Notes under the pieces: model-generated | What the model was told of the DNA's origin: nothing | Database searches by the model: none | Seen by the model: the letters and a program-made list of their open reading frames with translations, nothing else | Part shown: in pieces, positions 1-11,000 of the stretch | Layout: each line of letters begins with the position of its first letter | Numbering within the stretch: the stretch's first letter is position 1 | Source of the DNA: an uncultured archaeon | Lineage (GTDB): Archaea; Thermoplasmatota; Penumbrarchaeia; JASLWR01 | Length of the DNA stretch: 53,191 nt | Direction: 5' to 3' | Assembly (NCBI GenBank): GCA_964430885.1 | Contig: CAYSHM010000022.1 | Location: forward strand, 1 to 53,191 | Position numbers and translations under genes: made by a program

Positions 1-206
1 TAGGCGGGGAGGGATGAGCAGGGGTTTGATATTGGATTACTCAGGCGGGCTCTAAGGCAGGAGAACTATCAGGAGTTTGGTTTTTTCTGTCATCATTTGA
101 GGAATTTAATGTATATTTTTCATCCCGGTCGGTCTTGTCTTCCATAAACAGGTTATGAGTATATTGATATTAATTACTTTATTGTATTTTGGCAGGCGAC
201 GGAACG

Positions 207-473
207 ATGGTAACAAAGCCTATTAAACCAGTTTTGCATGATATCCTTGTCGAAATGGGCGCCTACTGGGTATGCTGTGATGGATATGTGATGTATGATC
301 CTCTGGTAGGTATTCCAGTATACATGTCTGATTTCGACGATAGGACTTTTGACGAGTATATTTCGGTCAGGTTCAACACCGAAAAAGAAAGATCCGCCAT
401 TGATGAGATATTTAGGTTTGTTGACTACAGTTCTATGTGCCAATATTTCGGTCTTACCTTTAATTGCGGATAA
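207..473 (+). CDS. small hypothetical protein (88 aa)
   Basis: ATG at 207 lies in the track ORF 189..473. Composition is protein-like and it converges on the NYN gene. No recognisable motif. Confidence 0.4.
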   Translation: MVTKPIKPVLHDILVEMGAYWVCCDGYVMYDPLVGIPVYMSDFDDRTFDEYISVRFNTEKERSAIDEIFRFVDYSSMCQYFGLTFNCG

Positions 474-506
474 TTATTTATTGAATTCTAACCGGTCTTC
501 AAGACT

Positions 507-1403
507 TTATTTTTTCTTATCCAGATCTTTTACAGCCTTCTTCACAGCATCGTGTTTCTTGTTTAGCTTGAAAACAAAGAAAGGGGCACCCCAAGGGTAG
601 TATTCCGTATCAAGTTCGATGGCATCAACTTCCACCAACGTTGAGAATATCTCCTTTCTTTCCATATGGCTTTTCTGAGGCAGGGTCTTTTCAAGCATAT
701 CCTTTACGAATCCGCTTAATTTAACATTTCCGAATTTTTGCCCGTACTCCCTGTCGGCCTCAATTGCCGCCTGGAGCGCCTTCATCTGGTTCTTGGATAA
801 TGAATTCTTGGCTGAAACCTTGCCTTTACTTTTTTTCTTGCCAACTATGCTCTTTGTCTTTTTGCTTTTTTTCTTATCCTTTTTTGAAACTATGGTGTTC
901 TTGTGGGGTTCTATATAGTAATAACTCTGCTTTCCAACCAGTTTTTTCAGATCGCCTGAAAGTGCTCTTTTAAACGAATAGAAGATTATTTCCTTGCCCC
1001 GCTCGTGTACACGTCTTGCAACAGGAAGATAATCTCGGTCCCCTGCCACAACCAGAAGTACGTCAATATCATCTCTTGTCAGCATTATCTCGAGAAGGGT
1101 AAGAGAGAGTTCAATATCTGCACTGTTCTTTCCCCGCATGGCCTTTACATGAGATATCTGTACTCCCATTGTATAGAGTTCGTTGGGTATATCCGGGTAC
1201 ATTGACCAGTCCGCAAACGATCCTCTAATGATCGGGGATACTCCTAGTTCTTCCTCTATATGCTCTATGGTGTTGTCAATTATGGATATTACCTTGATCT
1301 GGGCATCAGATTGACTGTACTTGTAATCAGATATGAGTGAAACATATATGTTATCGAAATCTATAAGAAGCGCACCAAATTTATTCTTTTTTTTCTTTTC
1401 CAT
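507..1403 (-). CDS. NYN (LabA/DUF88, PIN-like) domain protein with Lys-rich linker and helical C-terminal domain
   Basis: Motifs LLIDFDN, GKNSADIEL and VAGDRDY carry the conserved acidic residues of NYN domains. Confidence 0.88.
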   Translation of the reverse strand: MEKKKKNKFGALLIDFDNIYVSLISDYKYSQSDAQIKVISIIDNTIEHIEEELGVSPIIRGSFADWSMYPDIPNELYTMGVQISHVKAMRGKNSADIELSLTLLEIMLTRDDIDVLLVVAGDRDYLPVARRVHERGKEIIFYSFKRALSGDLKKLVGKQSYYYIEPHKNTIVSKKDKKKSKKTKSIVGKKKSKGKVSAKNSLSKNQMKALQAAIEADREYGQKFGNVKLSGFVKDMLEKTLPQKSHMERKEIFSTLVEVDAIELDTEYYPWGAPFFVFKLNKKHDAVKKAVKDLDKKK

Positions 1404-1712
1404 TTTATATCGCCTAATTAACTAGCTTATTATTGTAAATGTGATAATCAGTTCATCCCGCAAATATAATGCATGTTCCGTATGTTCAACATATTCTACA
1501 ATGCGACCTCGAACATATAAGGAAAAAGGTATAAGGACCCCGGCAGTGATTAATTCACATGAGTCTAATCCCACCCCTGATCTTTCCGGTTTATTATCTC
1601 ATTTTGGTCTTAGCAGAATACGTTTTTTGAACTGATTGTTAATAATTATCTACTGCAAGTAACACGTTAATGTTATTTATTAACCTCATACTGCAATTCA
1701 AAGATACGGTTC

Positions 1713-2510
1713 TCACAAAACATCTTCTTTTTCTTCGATCAAGAGAGTCTTGAGCTTACGGCCTAAAGTTGTCTCTCTGAGCTTGGAAATGTTGCTCCTA
1801 TCCATTCTTGTATTGTAGAGCATAAGTTCCTCCAATGAGGGAACTGCCAGTGATTCAAGCAGGAATATGAACAGCACTTCGGGAGTTTTCTGTTCCTGGT
1901 AGTCGGTCATGTAGCTCTCACTGTAATCGGTAAATTCCAATTTTCTTAGGTTGGGAAAGCAGGAAGATTGAACAAGGTTCTGTATGAAATTCTGGTGGTC
2001 ATATCCGGTCTGGACTATAAGTTCCTCCAAAGGATGTGTATCCCGCTGAAAGAAGTTTTCAGAGGGTGCCGAAGGAACCGATAATATTCTGAGTTCGGGC
2101 ATTCGATCCAGAAGCTGTCCCAGAATGCCGTTCTCATCATAAGCGTTGTTTCCGGTAACAATGGTCCTGTTATGATGTCCAGGAAGCGTTCCCTCCACCT
2201 CCAATATTTCAAGGTTTGAAAAAATCGCCTCTCCCTCATCCAAGGGTCCCAGTTCCCAGTTTCTTGTACCATTTGCACCTTCGTCGCTGCCTGTAATGGT
2301 AAGTGCTCTCAGTTGTGGTGCGATTTTCTCTGTATTGATTAACTGCAGGAAATCCTCAAATAGCTCGTATTCACCGCCCCATCCAACGTAATATTCCACC
2401 TCAACAAGTCCGTCTGTTTTCACATGCTTGATCCTGCTTTTTAGACCTATGTTGTTAATTTTTCCCATAATACTTCGGATCTTTTCCATCAGATCATACA
2501 ATTTACTCAC
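1713..2510 (-). CDS. hypothetical protein with leucine-rich-repeat-like segments
   Basis: Recurring LxxLxL strings (PQLRALTI, SNLEILEV, PELRILSV, PNLRKLEF, PSLEELML). GTG start preceded by GAG. Confidence 0.65.
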   Translation of the reverse strand: MSKLYDLMEKIRSIMGKINNIGLKSRIKHVKTDGLVEVEYYVGWGGEYELFEDFLQLINTEKIAPQLRALTITGSDEGANGTRNWELGPLDEGEAIFSNLEILEVEGTLPGHHNRTIVTGNNAYDENGILGQLLDRMPELRILSVPSAPSENFFQRDTHPLEELIVQTGYDHQNFIQNLVQSSCFPNLRKLEFTDYSESYMTDYQEQKTPEVLFIFLLESLAVPSLEELMLYNTRMDRSNISKLRETTLGRKLKTLLIEEKEDVL

Positions 2511-2560
2511 CTCGTTCGTGAATATTCATAAATAATCATAGGATTCGTGGATAGGGTAAT

Positions 2561-5500
2561 TTAAAGATATTCATTTTGATCATATTCTTCAGGAGGATAG
2601 ATTTGAGTTTCATCTGTATCTGCACCAGAGAACTCCACTTCCTTTGAGAGCCTTTCATTTCCCATGTTGCCATCATGGCTGCTTACCTCGTCCTCGCCGT
2701 TTTCATCCTCTCTTCTCTTCCTCTTCCTTATAAAGTACAACAGGGGGAAAACAATCATCAGGGCTATAACGATGATCATGAGCAATATTGAGGGTATTCC
2801 GTAATATGGACCTGAAAAACTGAAGAATCCAGTATCAACGGTGAACTCTATTTTTGCCTGATAGGAATTTCCAGCCTCATCCTCTACCCTGATCACAACA
2901 CTGTGCTTTCCGTTTTCCAATCCCTTCAATGAATGTTCTGAAAGCTCATCCGCTCTAACCGGATCACCAGAATCCAACTCGATCCAGACTTGGTAAACAC
3001 CCGATATTCCGTCGGATGCTCTCCATTCCAATTCAATATTATCCTCTCTTAGGTGTGAAGGTTCATTATTGATGATAAGGGATGGAGGGCCAGTATCCTT
3101 CTTGAAAATTATTTCCCTTTCCGCATAGTTTCCCGCCATGTCAACCAACCTTATTATAACTGAGTTCTCACCCTCATCCATATCCTCCCAGGGCAGATCC
3201 CAATCCTCAGTAAACTGATCTGCATTGTATGGAATATCCACATCCATCAGCAGTAATTCCCCGCTGCCTTCGATATCCTGACTGTAATACAGCTCCTGCA
3301 GGGGGCTTCCGCCTCTGGAAAAAAAGTCAATATCCACAACGTCACCAGGATCTTTGGAGAACCATCCGTACTCAGTGCTGTTTGCCTCAATGACAGGAGC
3401 TTTTGTATCCACCATTAGTTCATGAACAGTGAATATGTCCTTACTTTCACGGTTTCCAGCTTTATCGAAGGATTGGATCCATATCTGAAATACGCCGTTT
3501 CCCGGGTTCTGGAATAGTAAGTTTCCTGTGGGCTGCAGCTCATCTCCGCTTATCCAATCCATTTCTCCCATGCGTCTATAATGAAGAACCACTCCAGCTA
3601 CCCCGCTTCCGCTGCCGTCCATGGCCGTGTAATTCAGCAGTATTTCCGGCTTGTTCACGTATTCCGGGAGCTCATGTATTTTCGTTTCCGGAGGGTCGGT
3701 ATCCAACATTATTCCCGGTGAAACATCGCTCCAGGCTCCGGTAGAACCTGCACCGTTTACTGCTCTTAACCTGAACCTTATTGTATCAGGAGACCTGAAA
3801 TCACCGGAGATATTCAGGGCAGCACCTGTCATATTGTTTTCCGAGGATATGCTTGTGATATCTACCGATGAGGGATCATCACCGCTGGCAAAGACTTGGA
3901 GCTGGAAAACATCGATGCCGCAGATATCTGATACCTCATCCCAGGAAGGATGCAGAATAGTTGAATTGGAATAACTGCCCCCTTCCCAGAACAGCCTTTC
4001 CGGAGCGGATGGGGGGGTAGGGTCATATTTCAGTTCGGTAATAGAATAAGCGGTATGATCGACATTTCCTGCATCATCCTGAAGCCAAACATAGATTGGA
4101 TTGACACCCTCTGCCTGCACGTTAATATTTTCAATAAATGATAAATTCCATTTTTCTACTCTTATCCCGTCTTCTTCAAAAGCAGGTTCAACATTGGTCT
4201 TGTAATAAGCACCAGTTATTCCCGAGACATCCCTGGGATTCTGCCAAAATACGTCGAATACTGGATCCTTGGACCATTCTTCGGGTATTGATGTTAAATT
4301 CACCGGTGCCAATATGCTGGTGTCCACTCCCAATCGGAAGTGAGCGGTATCACCCCAATTGCCAGTTTCATCAACTGCCCGCAAATGAAAGAACCATTCA
4401 CCGTCATCCAGAGCGGTAAAAGTCAAGGTATCGGTTAGTGAGTTGTCCAAATCTTCAGGTGGTATGGTTAGTTCAGAATGGTCAAGGACGTAATTGTAAC
4501 CCTCTATCCTGTGATTGTCGTGAGTTTCATTCCACCCTAGATGCGCATCGTCAATTGAGTAGTTCAATTCGGGGTCGGAATGTGAGTTGGAAAAAATTCC
4601 TGGAGCCAATGGCGGTGTGGTATCCACCGGGGTAATATCAGCATATATGGGTCCTTTTGAAAAACTCTCTCCATAGCAATTGGATGATATGGAAGCACTG
4701 ACCTCAAGGGCAGTCGGTTCCGCAGCCTCAACAAGAAATGGCATTGGGAATGTTCCATTACTGCCGTCAAGGGAGGATAGGAATTCTGTTTCATTCCCGG
4801 AAAGAAGCTCAAGGCTGGTGGGAATGTTCATCTGTATTTGGATATCATGAGCTCTCAGACCTCCGGTATTGCTAATATTCACCCATATGTAGAATTCTTC
4901 ACCCACCTCAACGGTATCAGGATGCTGTATATCCAAATCAAGCTCTGGTTCTGTCACCTTTATGAAATCCTCCTCGGTTGCCAAGGCGAACCTCTCCTGA
5001 TCTACTCCTGACATGTCTCCCTCCAACTTCACCTTGTATACTGCCGATTCACAGTCCCTGGTGGCCTTTGACATCTCAATGCTGTCAATAAGGGAATTGG
5101 ATACATTCAGGGTGCTTCCATCTGATTCGTCGTATGTGTAGAGATCAAGATTGCTCAGATCATAGAAGGTTTCCGGAGCTGCATTATCGTTATAGATGAG
5201 ATGCCTCTGCCATACCAGAGTAGCCCTGTTGTTTACAGAGAGAGGTCCTTTGAAGAAGACATATCCTGGACTGTCATCGATCACTTCTTCAAAAACATCA
5301 TCCCTATGGTAATAGGCATGGTCCAGGTCCATGTAGCCCGCCCCTGTCCTATTGTCCATTCCTGGATCGCCCATCTCAATGGCTGTGTTCATAAGAAGGG
5401 CTTTATAGCGGGCTGGGAAATCCGTGAGACTGTAATCCATCAAAAGGAGAATGGACCCTGCAATCAAAGGGGATGACATGCTGGTGCCGCTCTTTGATAT

Positions 5501-6823
5501 CCAGTCGTTCTCGGTCTCCCAATCGTTATTGCAGGATATGACATGGGTGCCTGGTGCTGTGAGATCGGGTTTCTTTCTCCCATCTGTAGTTGGGCCTCTG
5601 CTGCTGCTCTGTACCAGATAATCGTCCATTGGGTCTGTGGTTCCGCGGTCATAACCGTTCCCCGCGGTCATAAGGTTATATCCGTCGGCCGGAATGGACA
5701 ATGTACTCGAATTCGGTCCGTTGTTGCCTGCTGAATTGGTCACAGGAACGCCCAGGGAATCCACAACAGCATCGAAGTATCTTGTCAAGGCGCTATTACC
5801 GTTCTTTTCGCCACCTACACCGAAGCTCGTGCTGATAACATCTGCTCCATCACCTCCGCCTGGCTGGTTGATTGACCAATCTCCTCCATTCATTTTGGCC
5901 TGCTGTGTGGAAAAAACACACTTTGCATTGAAGAGTTTATCGTGGCCGTAAGCAACGCCTCGATAAATGCTGTCAGTGCTGGAAATTATCCCTGCTACAT
6001 GGGTTCCATGGCTGTAAGTGTCGTCGGGTGTGCCGTCCTCAGTGAAGTCCTCCTCGATTATCTCATGTCCTGAGAAAGCAGGATGGTTTTTATCTATGCC
6101 AGTATCAAGAACTGCTATGTCCTGCACTCCTCCGGTAATACCCTCGTTCCAAAGTGTCTCCGCACCTGTGGAAGGCACACTAACGTTCATGTCGGTCCAT
6201 GAAATAGCAGGTAATTCAAGGAACGCCACATCCTCATGCTTTTGTAATTTTGGCAGGAGGTTTTCAGGTATCTCGATCATCAGATAATTTAGAAGAAAAC
6301 CCCTATCAATGATTTTACCACCATTGTTTGAGATGAAATCGGTTATACTTTCTTGGTTTTCTTTTCCCTCCTTTTCACACCGCAGATATATTTCATTGCG
6401 GGCTTGGGTCCTGATCATATCGAATTTTTCGAGAATTCCCTTCCAGGTTTCGATATCTTCCAGGGTTAGGTTTTCTTCGATCCTTTTATTGTAAAGTGCA
6501 GGATTTTGGAGGAATTCCTTTTCCCCTATTTCCCTTAGTGATCGGGTGATATTTCCAGTAATTTCTTTAAGTTCATGATTCAGTTCATCAACCGCTCCAG
6601 AATAATCACCCCAAACATCACGGCTTATCCGGTAGGCTTTCTGCTCTTTTAGAACCGCGAAAATAATGACTAGTTCATCTTGCTCGGGAAGGTCATTCCT
6701 GCTGTGATTCGGAAAAGGACCCGAAACTGGATTTGCCAGGGGCAATAGAAAAAGGATCAGAACAATGACTAGTAATATGGCATGGCCGGACCTTTTCATG
6801 AATAGGTTAAACCCTTCAATCAT
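2561..6823 (-). CDS. membrane-anchored subtilisin-like (S8) serine protease with Ig/FnIII-like stalk
   Basis: N-terminal hydrophobic signal and catalytic triad motifs VLDTGID, HGTHVAG and GTSMSSP. Repeated beta-rich modules (DxTPP...A.D.AGN) follow, then a C-terminal TM helix with RKRKRR and an acidic tail. Confidence 0.93.
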   Translation of the reverse strand: MIEGFNLFMKRSGHAILLVIVLILFLLPLANPVSGPFPNHSRNDLPEQDELVIIFAVLKEQKAYRISRDVWGDYSGAVDELNHELKEITGNITRSLREIGEKEFLQNPALYNKRIEENLTLEDIETWKGILEKFDMIRTQARNEIYLRCEKEGKENQESITDFISNNGGKIIDRGFLLNYLMIEIPENLLPKLQKHEDVAFLELPAISWTDMNVSVPSTGAETLWNEGITGGVQDIAVLDTGIDKNHPAFSGHEIIEEDFTEDGTPDDTYSHGTHVAGIISSTDSIYRGVAYGHDKLFNAKCVFSTQQAKMNGGDWSINQPGGGDGADVISTSFGVGGEKNGNSALTRYFDAVVDSLGVPVTNSAGNNGPNSSTLSIPADGYNLMTAGNGYDRGTTDPMDDYLVQSSSRGPTTDGRKKPDLTAPGTHVISCNNDWETENDWISKSGTSMSSPLIAGSILLLMDYSLTDFPARYKALLMNTAIEMGDPGMDNRTGAGYMDLDHAYYHRDDVFEEVIDDSPGYVFFKGPLSVNNRATLVWQRHLIYNDNAAPETFYDLSNLDLYTYDESDGSTLNVSNSLIDSIEMSKATRDCESAVYKVKLEGDMSGVDQERFALATEEDFIKVTEPELDLDIQHPDTVEVGEEFYIWVNISNTGGLRAHDIQIQMNIPTSLELLSGNETEFLSSLDGSNGTFPMPFLVEAAEPTALEVSASISSNCYGESFSKGPIYADITPVDTTPPLAPGIFSNSHSDPELNYSIDDAHLGWNETHDNHRIEGYNYVLDHSELTIPPEDLDNSLTDTLTFTALDDGEWFFHLRAVDETGNWGDTAHFRLGVDTSILAPVNLTSIPEEWSKDPVFDVFWQNPRDVSGITGAYYKTNVEPAFEEDGIRVEKWNLSFIENINVQAEGVNPIYVWLQDDAGNVDHTAYSITELKYDPTPPSAPERLFWEGGSYSNSTILHPSWDEVSDICGIDVFQLQVFASGDDPSSVDITSISSENNMTGAALNISGDFRSPDTIRFRLRAVNGAGSTGAWSDVSPGIMLDTDPPETKIHELPEYVNKPEILLNYTAMDGSGSGVAGVVLHYRRMGEMDWISGDELQPTGNLLFQNPGNGVFQIWIQSFDKAGNRESKDIFTVHELMVDTKAPVIEANSTEYGWFSKDPGDVVDIDFFSRGGSPLQELYYSQDIEGSGELLLMDVDIPYNADQFTEDWDLPWEDMDEGENSVIIRLVDMAGNYAEREIIFKKDTGPPSLIINNEPSHLREDNIELEWRASDGISGVYQVWIELDSGDPVRADELSEHSLKGLENGKHSVVIRVEDEAGNSYQAKIEFTVDTGFFSFSGPYYGIPSILLMIIVIALMIVFPLLYFIRKRKRREDENGEDEVSSHDGNMGNERLSKEVEFSGADTDETQIYPPEEYDQNEYL

Positions 6824-6976
6824 GTAAAAATCTTTTCTGTATTAATCCCATTTAGATATGCAATATGTACTAATGGAAGTTGTTTTTAATACCGCGGGAG
6901 TTTCCGAAGCCAAATCAACTGTTCAGTCTTCGTTCCTGAAAATATTATAATATTTGAAATCCAATTCCCGAAGAAT

Positions 6977-7426
6977 ATGGTGTTTTTAACATTAAAAAAC
7001 ATTCAAACGAGCATTAGGTGTTTGGTTCTTACTATCAATAACTGCAATTTTCAACGGTATATTGAGGAACGAAGTATACGGCCCAAAACTCTCTTCAGAG
7101 CTTTTCGCTCATCAGTTAAGCGCAGTTTCCGGCACTTTTCTATTTGCAATTGTTATATGGGCTTTTCTTTATTTCACAAAGGCCAAATTTAACACAAAGG
7201 ACCTTCTTTTAATAGGGGTCATTTGGCTGTCAATGACCATTGGATTTGAGTTTCTTTTCGGTCATTTTGTGGCTGGTCACTCGTGGAAAAGTCTGTTTAG
7301 TGACTACAATATTTTAGCCGGTAGAATATGGATAATTGTTCTGCTTTTCACACTATTGGGCCATATCTGATTGGAAAATATCTTGTTCTGAATCGAAAGA
7401 AATATCAAGGGAAAACACAAAGGTGA
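6977..7426 (+). pseudogene. small multi-pass membrane protein interrupted by two single-base frameshifts
   Basis: The frame of 7062..7370 is open upstream to 6996 (KTFKRALGVWFLLSITAIFNGILRNE) with no canonical start. Removing one A from A6 at 6994-6999 joins it to ATG 6977. Adding one G to GGG 7358-7360 gives a natural end (LLGPYLIGKYLVLNRKKYQGKTQR*, TGA 7424-7426). Confidence 0.6.
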
Positions 7427-7448
7427 ATGAACAAAATCTGTATGGGAT

Positions 7449-8006
7449 TCAATATTTGTATCCCTTGACTTCGGCAGAATCCCATTCTACATCCAGACCC
7501 AGAGCGATACGGTTGACAAAATTGAAGTAGCTTACAATGAGGTTCAATGCCAGAATGTCCTTCTGGGAAAATCCGATATTAATTAGTCTGGAGATATCAG
7601 TTTCATCTAGATTATTAGGCTCTCTTGTCAGTTTCAAAGCGTACCTGACCAGTTCTTCTTCCTTGCGGGTCAGATCAACCGAATCAGGATCAATGATATA
7701 TGACCTGATCTTATTTCTATCCCTCCAGTAAGTATTGAGGGCTTCAGCGTGATGGTTTATGCAGTATTCACAACCATTCTCCCTGGATACCACCACCGCC
7801 ACAAATTCCCGCTCAGCTCTTGAAAGCCCGCCCTTTCTGAACATTATCTCCATGTAGAGACCAAGATGCTTCTCCATGGCCATGGGATGAAGACTGTGTA
7901 CTTTCATAATATTAGCAACAGCCCCTCGGTCATTCATTATCCTTTTATAGACGTCTGCAAGTTCTCCTTCAGCGTCATTGGGTTCAATTGTATCTATCCA
8001 AGCCAT
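7449..8006 (-). CDS. AhpD/carboxymuconolactone-decarboxylase-like peroxidase-related protein
   Basis: LSRAERE...VSRENGCEYCINHH (CxxC) and YFNFVNRIALGL. ATG at 8006 has GGAGA upstream and lies 1 nt after the stop of the J-domain gene. Confidence 0.88.
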   Translation of the reverse strand: MAWIDTIEPNDAEGELADVYKRIMNDRGAVANIMKVHSLHPMAMEKHLGLYMEIMFRKGGLSRAEREFVAVVVSRENGCEYCINHHAEALNTYWRDRNKIRSYIIDPDSVDLTRKEEELVRYALKLTREPNNLDETDISRLINIGFSQKDILALNLIVSYFNFVNRIALGLDVEWDSAEVKGYKY

Positions 8007-8007
8007 A

Positions 8008-11000
8008 TCAGAATATCTCCTGGTCATCCTTATCGGTTGGGTTGTAGGGCGCTAAACAGTTATCTATGTCAGAGAAACCTGGCTCTCCCTGAGGTGGTGG
8101 AGGAAGTATTTTTTTTCCTTCCATCACTGGCTCATCCTCTTTTCTGGGGGGTGTAAAAATACCCATTTCCAAGTTGTAATCCTCCCTAGTCCCACTATCC
8201 TTCAGTACGGAGTATGCCTCGTTAATGGACTTCATCTTCTCGTTGAGCATCTCCCTGATCTCCTCATTGGTACCTGAATACTTGTCCGGGTGAAACTCCT
8301 GAATCTTGATCCTGAAGGCCTTCTTGATCTCCTTCTGTGTGGCATTGGAAGGTATGTCCAGGACCTCATAATAGTTAGTTCTTTTTCTCCGGGCCTCTAT
8401 CTCTTCCCGCACCTGTTCCTTGTTAGCCTGTTCAATGTTGAAGACCGCGATAACTCCTCTCACCTCTTCGCATATGTCCATTGTCTGCTGGTAATCACCC
8501 ATTGAGAAAAGGTATTTGGCATGGACCAAGAGGTTCTTTGTATCGCTATTCCTGAATCCCGTTTTCTCTGCATTGCCCATTAGTTCCATGGTAAGGCTGA
8601 GTGTTACCTCGGCAGAGCGTTTCCATGCTTTATTTTCATCTCGTATACTGCTGCCGAAAGAAGGGGCGGGAGGTGGAATGCTGTCGATGCCAATTGTTGG
8701 TACTTTCTCTTCATCGGAATCAGTTTTTTTCCCATGGTCCTCATATTCATCCTCATCATAATCATATCTTCGTCTTTTTCTTCTGGCCAGAACAATAATG
8801 ATAATAAAAAGCAGAGTTCCAAAACAAACAGCCAAAATTATGATCCAGAGGAAATCAGCAGCACCTTTTTTCTCCGGATCATCACTCCTGCCGGTAGTAT
8901 CGTCACCATCAGCTGTAATGTTTCTTTCCAGAACCTTGATCTCAACTTTCATCTGGACCTTGGTTCCGTCAAGTTCCGATAAGCCGATAAAAAATATATC
9001 GTAACGATCAGGGTCAAGGTCTGCAGGTACCATTATTGTTGCGGCAATTTCATATTGTCCTTTATTTGGAACTAGAAATCTTGTTTCACTCAGGGTTGTA
9101 TGGCCAGAGAGCGCTCCCTGCTGAACAAATAAATTTATCATATGTGATGACGTATAGGTATTGGAAAGGGTAATATCCAAATCCTCTGATTCACCCTGTC
9201 TTATTATTAGAGTTGATTCCTCAGCATTCATTGACAGGTCCTCGGATATGGGTATTTCTCCCGGATCCATGTCCTCCGGGCTTTCCATTGTTCTGAAGGT
9301 AAAACTGCCGTTGAGGCATTCACCACTAATGTTATCATAAAACGGGATCACGGTCCAGTAGTAGGTAGTGTTTTTCTCAAGCCCTGTAAGGGTATAGCTG
9401 AAAGTTTTCAGTCCCTTTACTAGAGCAGTTAAGGGATATTTTGTTCCAAAGTAAAGATCATATTCAATTTCAGATATGTTTGTATCAACATCCCTCCCTT
9501 CCCAGTTCAGTGTGAGATTGGGTCCTGGGACCGTAGTATTGTTTTTAGGTGTCTTCAGAATGGTTAAAGGCAGATCGTCCTCTGATTTTGTTTCGATGGT
9601 GATGTTTTTCTGTATGGAAGCCCCATCCAAATCCTTTAATTCAAGTATTATCTTTGATCCCCGTGTACAGTTATCCCACGGAGTTATTATTAGGACATTA
9701 TCCTCAAGGATGATATTTTTCATATAAAAGCAGATGTTAGAGTGGATCAGTATTTCCATAGGGTAGCCAACGTAACTCCATTGGAGTTCATTTGATGGGT
9801 CCTCTACATCCATTCCGTAGGGTGTGAGGTCCAGTACATATTCTTTATCCTCTATTATCACGATGTTATCTATATCATTCAGAATGACTGGAGGATTGTT
9901 GTTGACTCTAAGTGGATCTTCCAGATCTGTCCATTCCGTTGCTGGTCCACCATTGATTTCCAGCATTGTTCTCAGGCTGTAATTTCCGATGCTGGTATCC
10001 TTGGGAGGATTGATGTACGCAGTAATGGTGTTTGATGCAAATTCATACTCGACGCTATCTGTTAAAATAGGGTTCCATGCTCTGGTATCCAAACTCCACT
10101 CAACAACAGGATCCATATCTACGATTTGGTACGAACCCGGATTGACCGAAATATTCAGAAGTACAGACGAGTTTCTGAATACATTTACAGAGGATATGTT
10201 TATATCTAAAATCTTTGGATCTTCAAGATCCCAATGTATTGACCATGAATCAATTTCTGGGAATGAAGTGTTATCGGCCACCAGTTCAGCTTTCAGATAA
10301 AGTGCGGAATGTTTATTGCTTGATAGACCGGTGATATCTATATTACTCCCTGAAAAGTTTAAGAAGGGGTCTATGGGTTCTTGAGTTCCGCCATCCAATA
10401 TTGTCACAGACATTGTGGTGTTCTCAGGAATAGTTCGTGTTATATTTATAGATGACCATTCAGCGCTAGGAGGCCGTTCTATCAATTCGGATATAACAAT
10501 ACCGTCAGTTCTGAATTTTTCCCTTCTGCCCACATATACTGTCAATCCTGAATCTCGGTTATGTGATCTTCTGGTGATCTCTCTGGGGTATAGGTTAGGA
10601 TTATGGAAATAGAGATGCATCGTAGCGGTTCTGTTCCCTGCCAAAGAGGGAATAATGACCTGCAGAGTAGTATCGTCGATAATTTCACCAACAGTATCTT
10701 CCTCCTGCATCTCTAGGGGGTTCCAGTATTTCCATACTAGGTCACTCATGTCCGGTGGTCCGAAAGACCAGTTCCAACGCCAGCTGACTTCAGTTTCGTT
10801 GATGCATCTATTAAGGATACGGACCTCATCCAATAGACCGTACATATTGTCTCCCATTTGTAGATTGCCAGTTTCGGTAAAAGTAATGTTTTCAGAAAGC
10901 AGCATTCCTACCAGGTTACCGTCCACATAGATAATGAGTTTTCTTGAGTCATAGGTGAGGACGATATGGTGCCATCCTGAGCTCATTAGGGCCCATAGAC

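Noticed and set aside
1-180. G-rich start of the window as a tRNA or gene end
   Set aside because: No cloverleaf or T-loop motif, and no convincing reading frame.
507-2510. NYN gene plus LRR-like gene as a defence or toxin system
   Set aside because: They are separated by about 310 nt, NYN proteins are common stand-alone genes, and there are no other defence markers.
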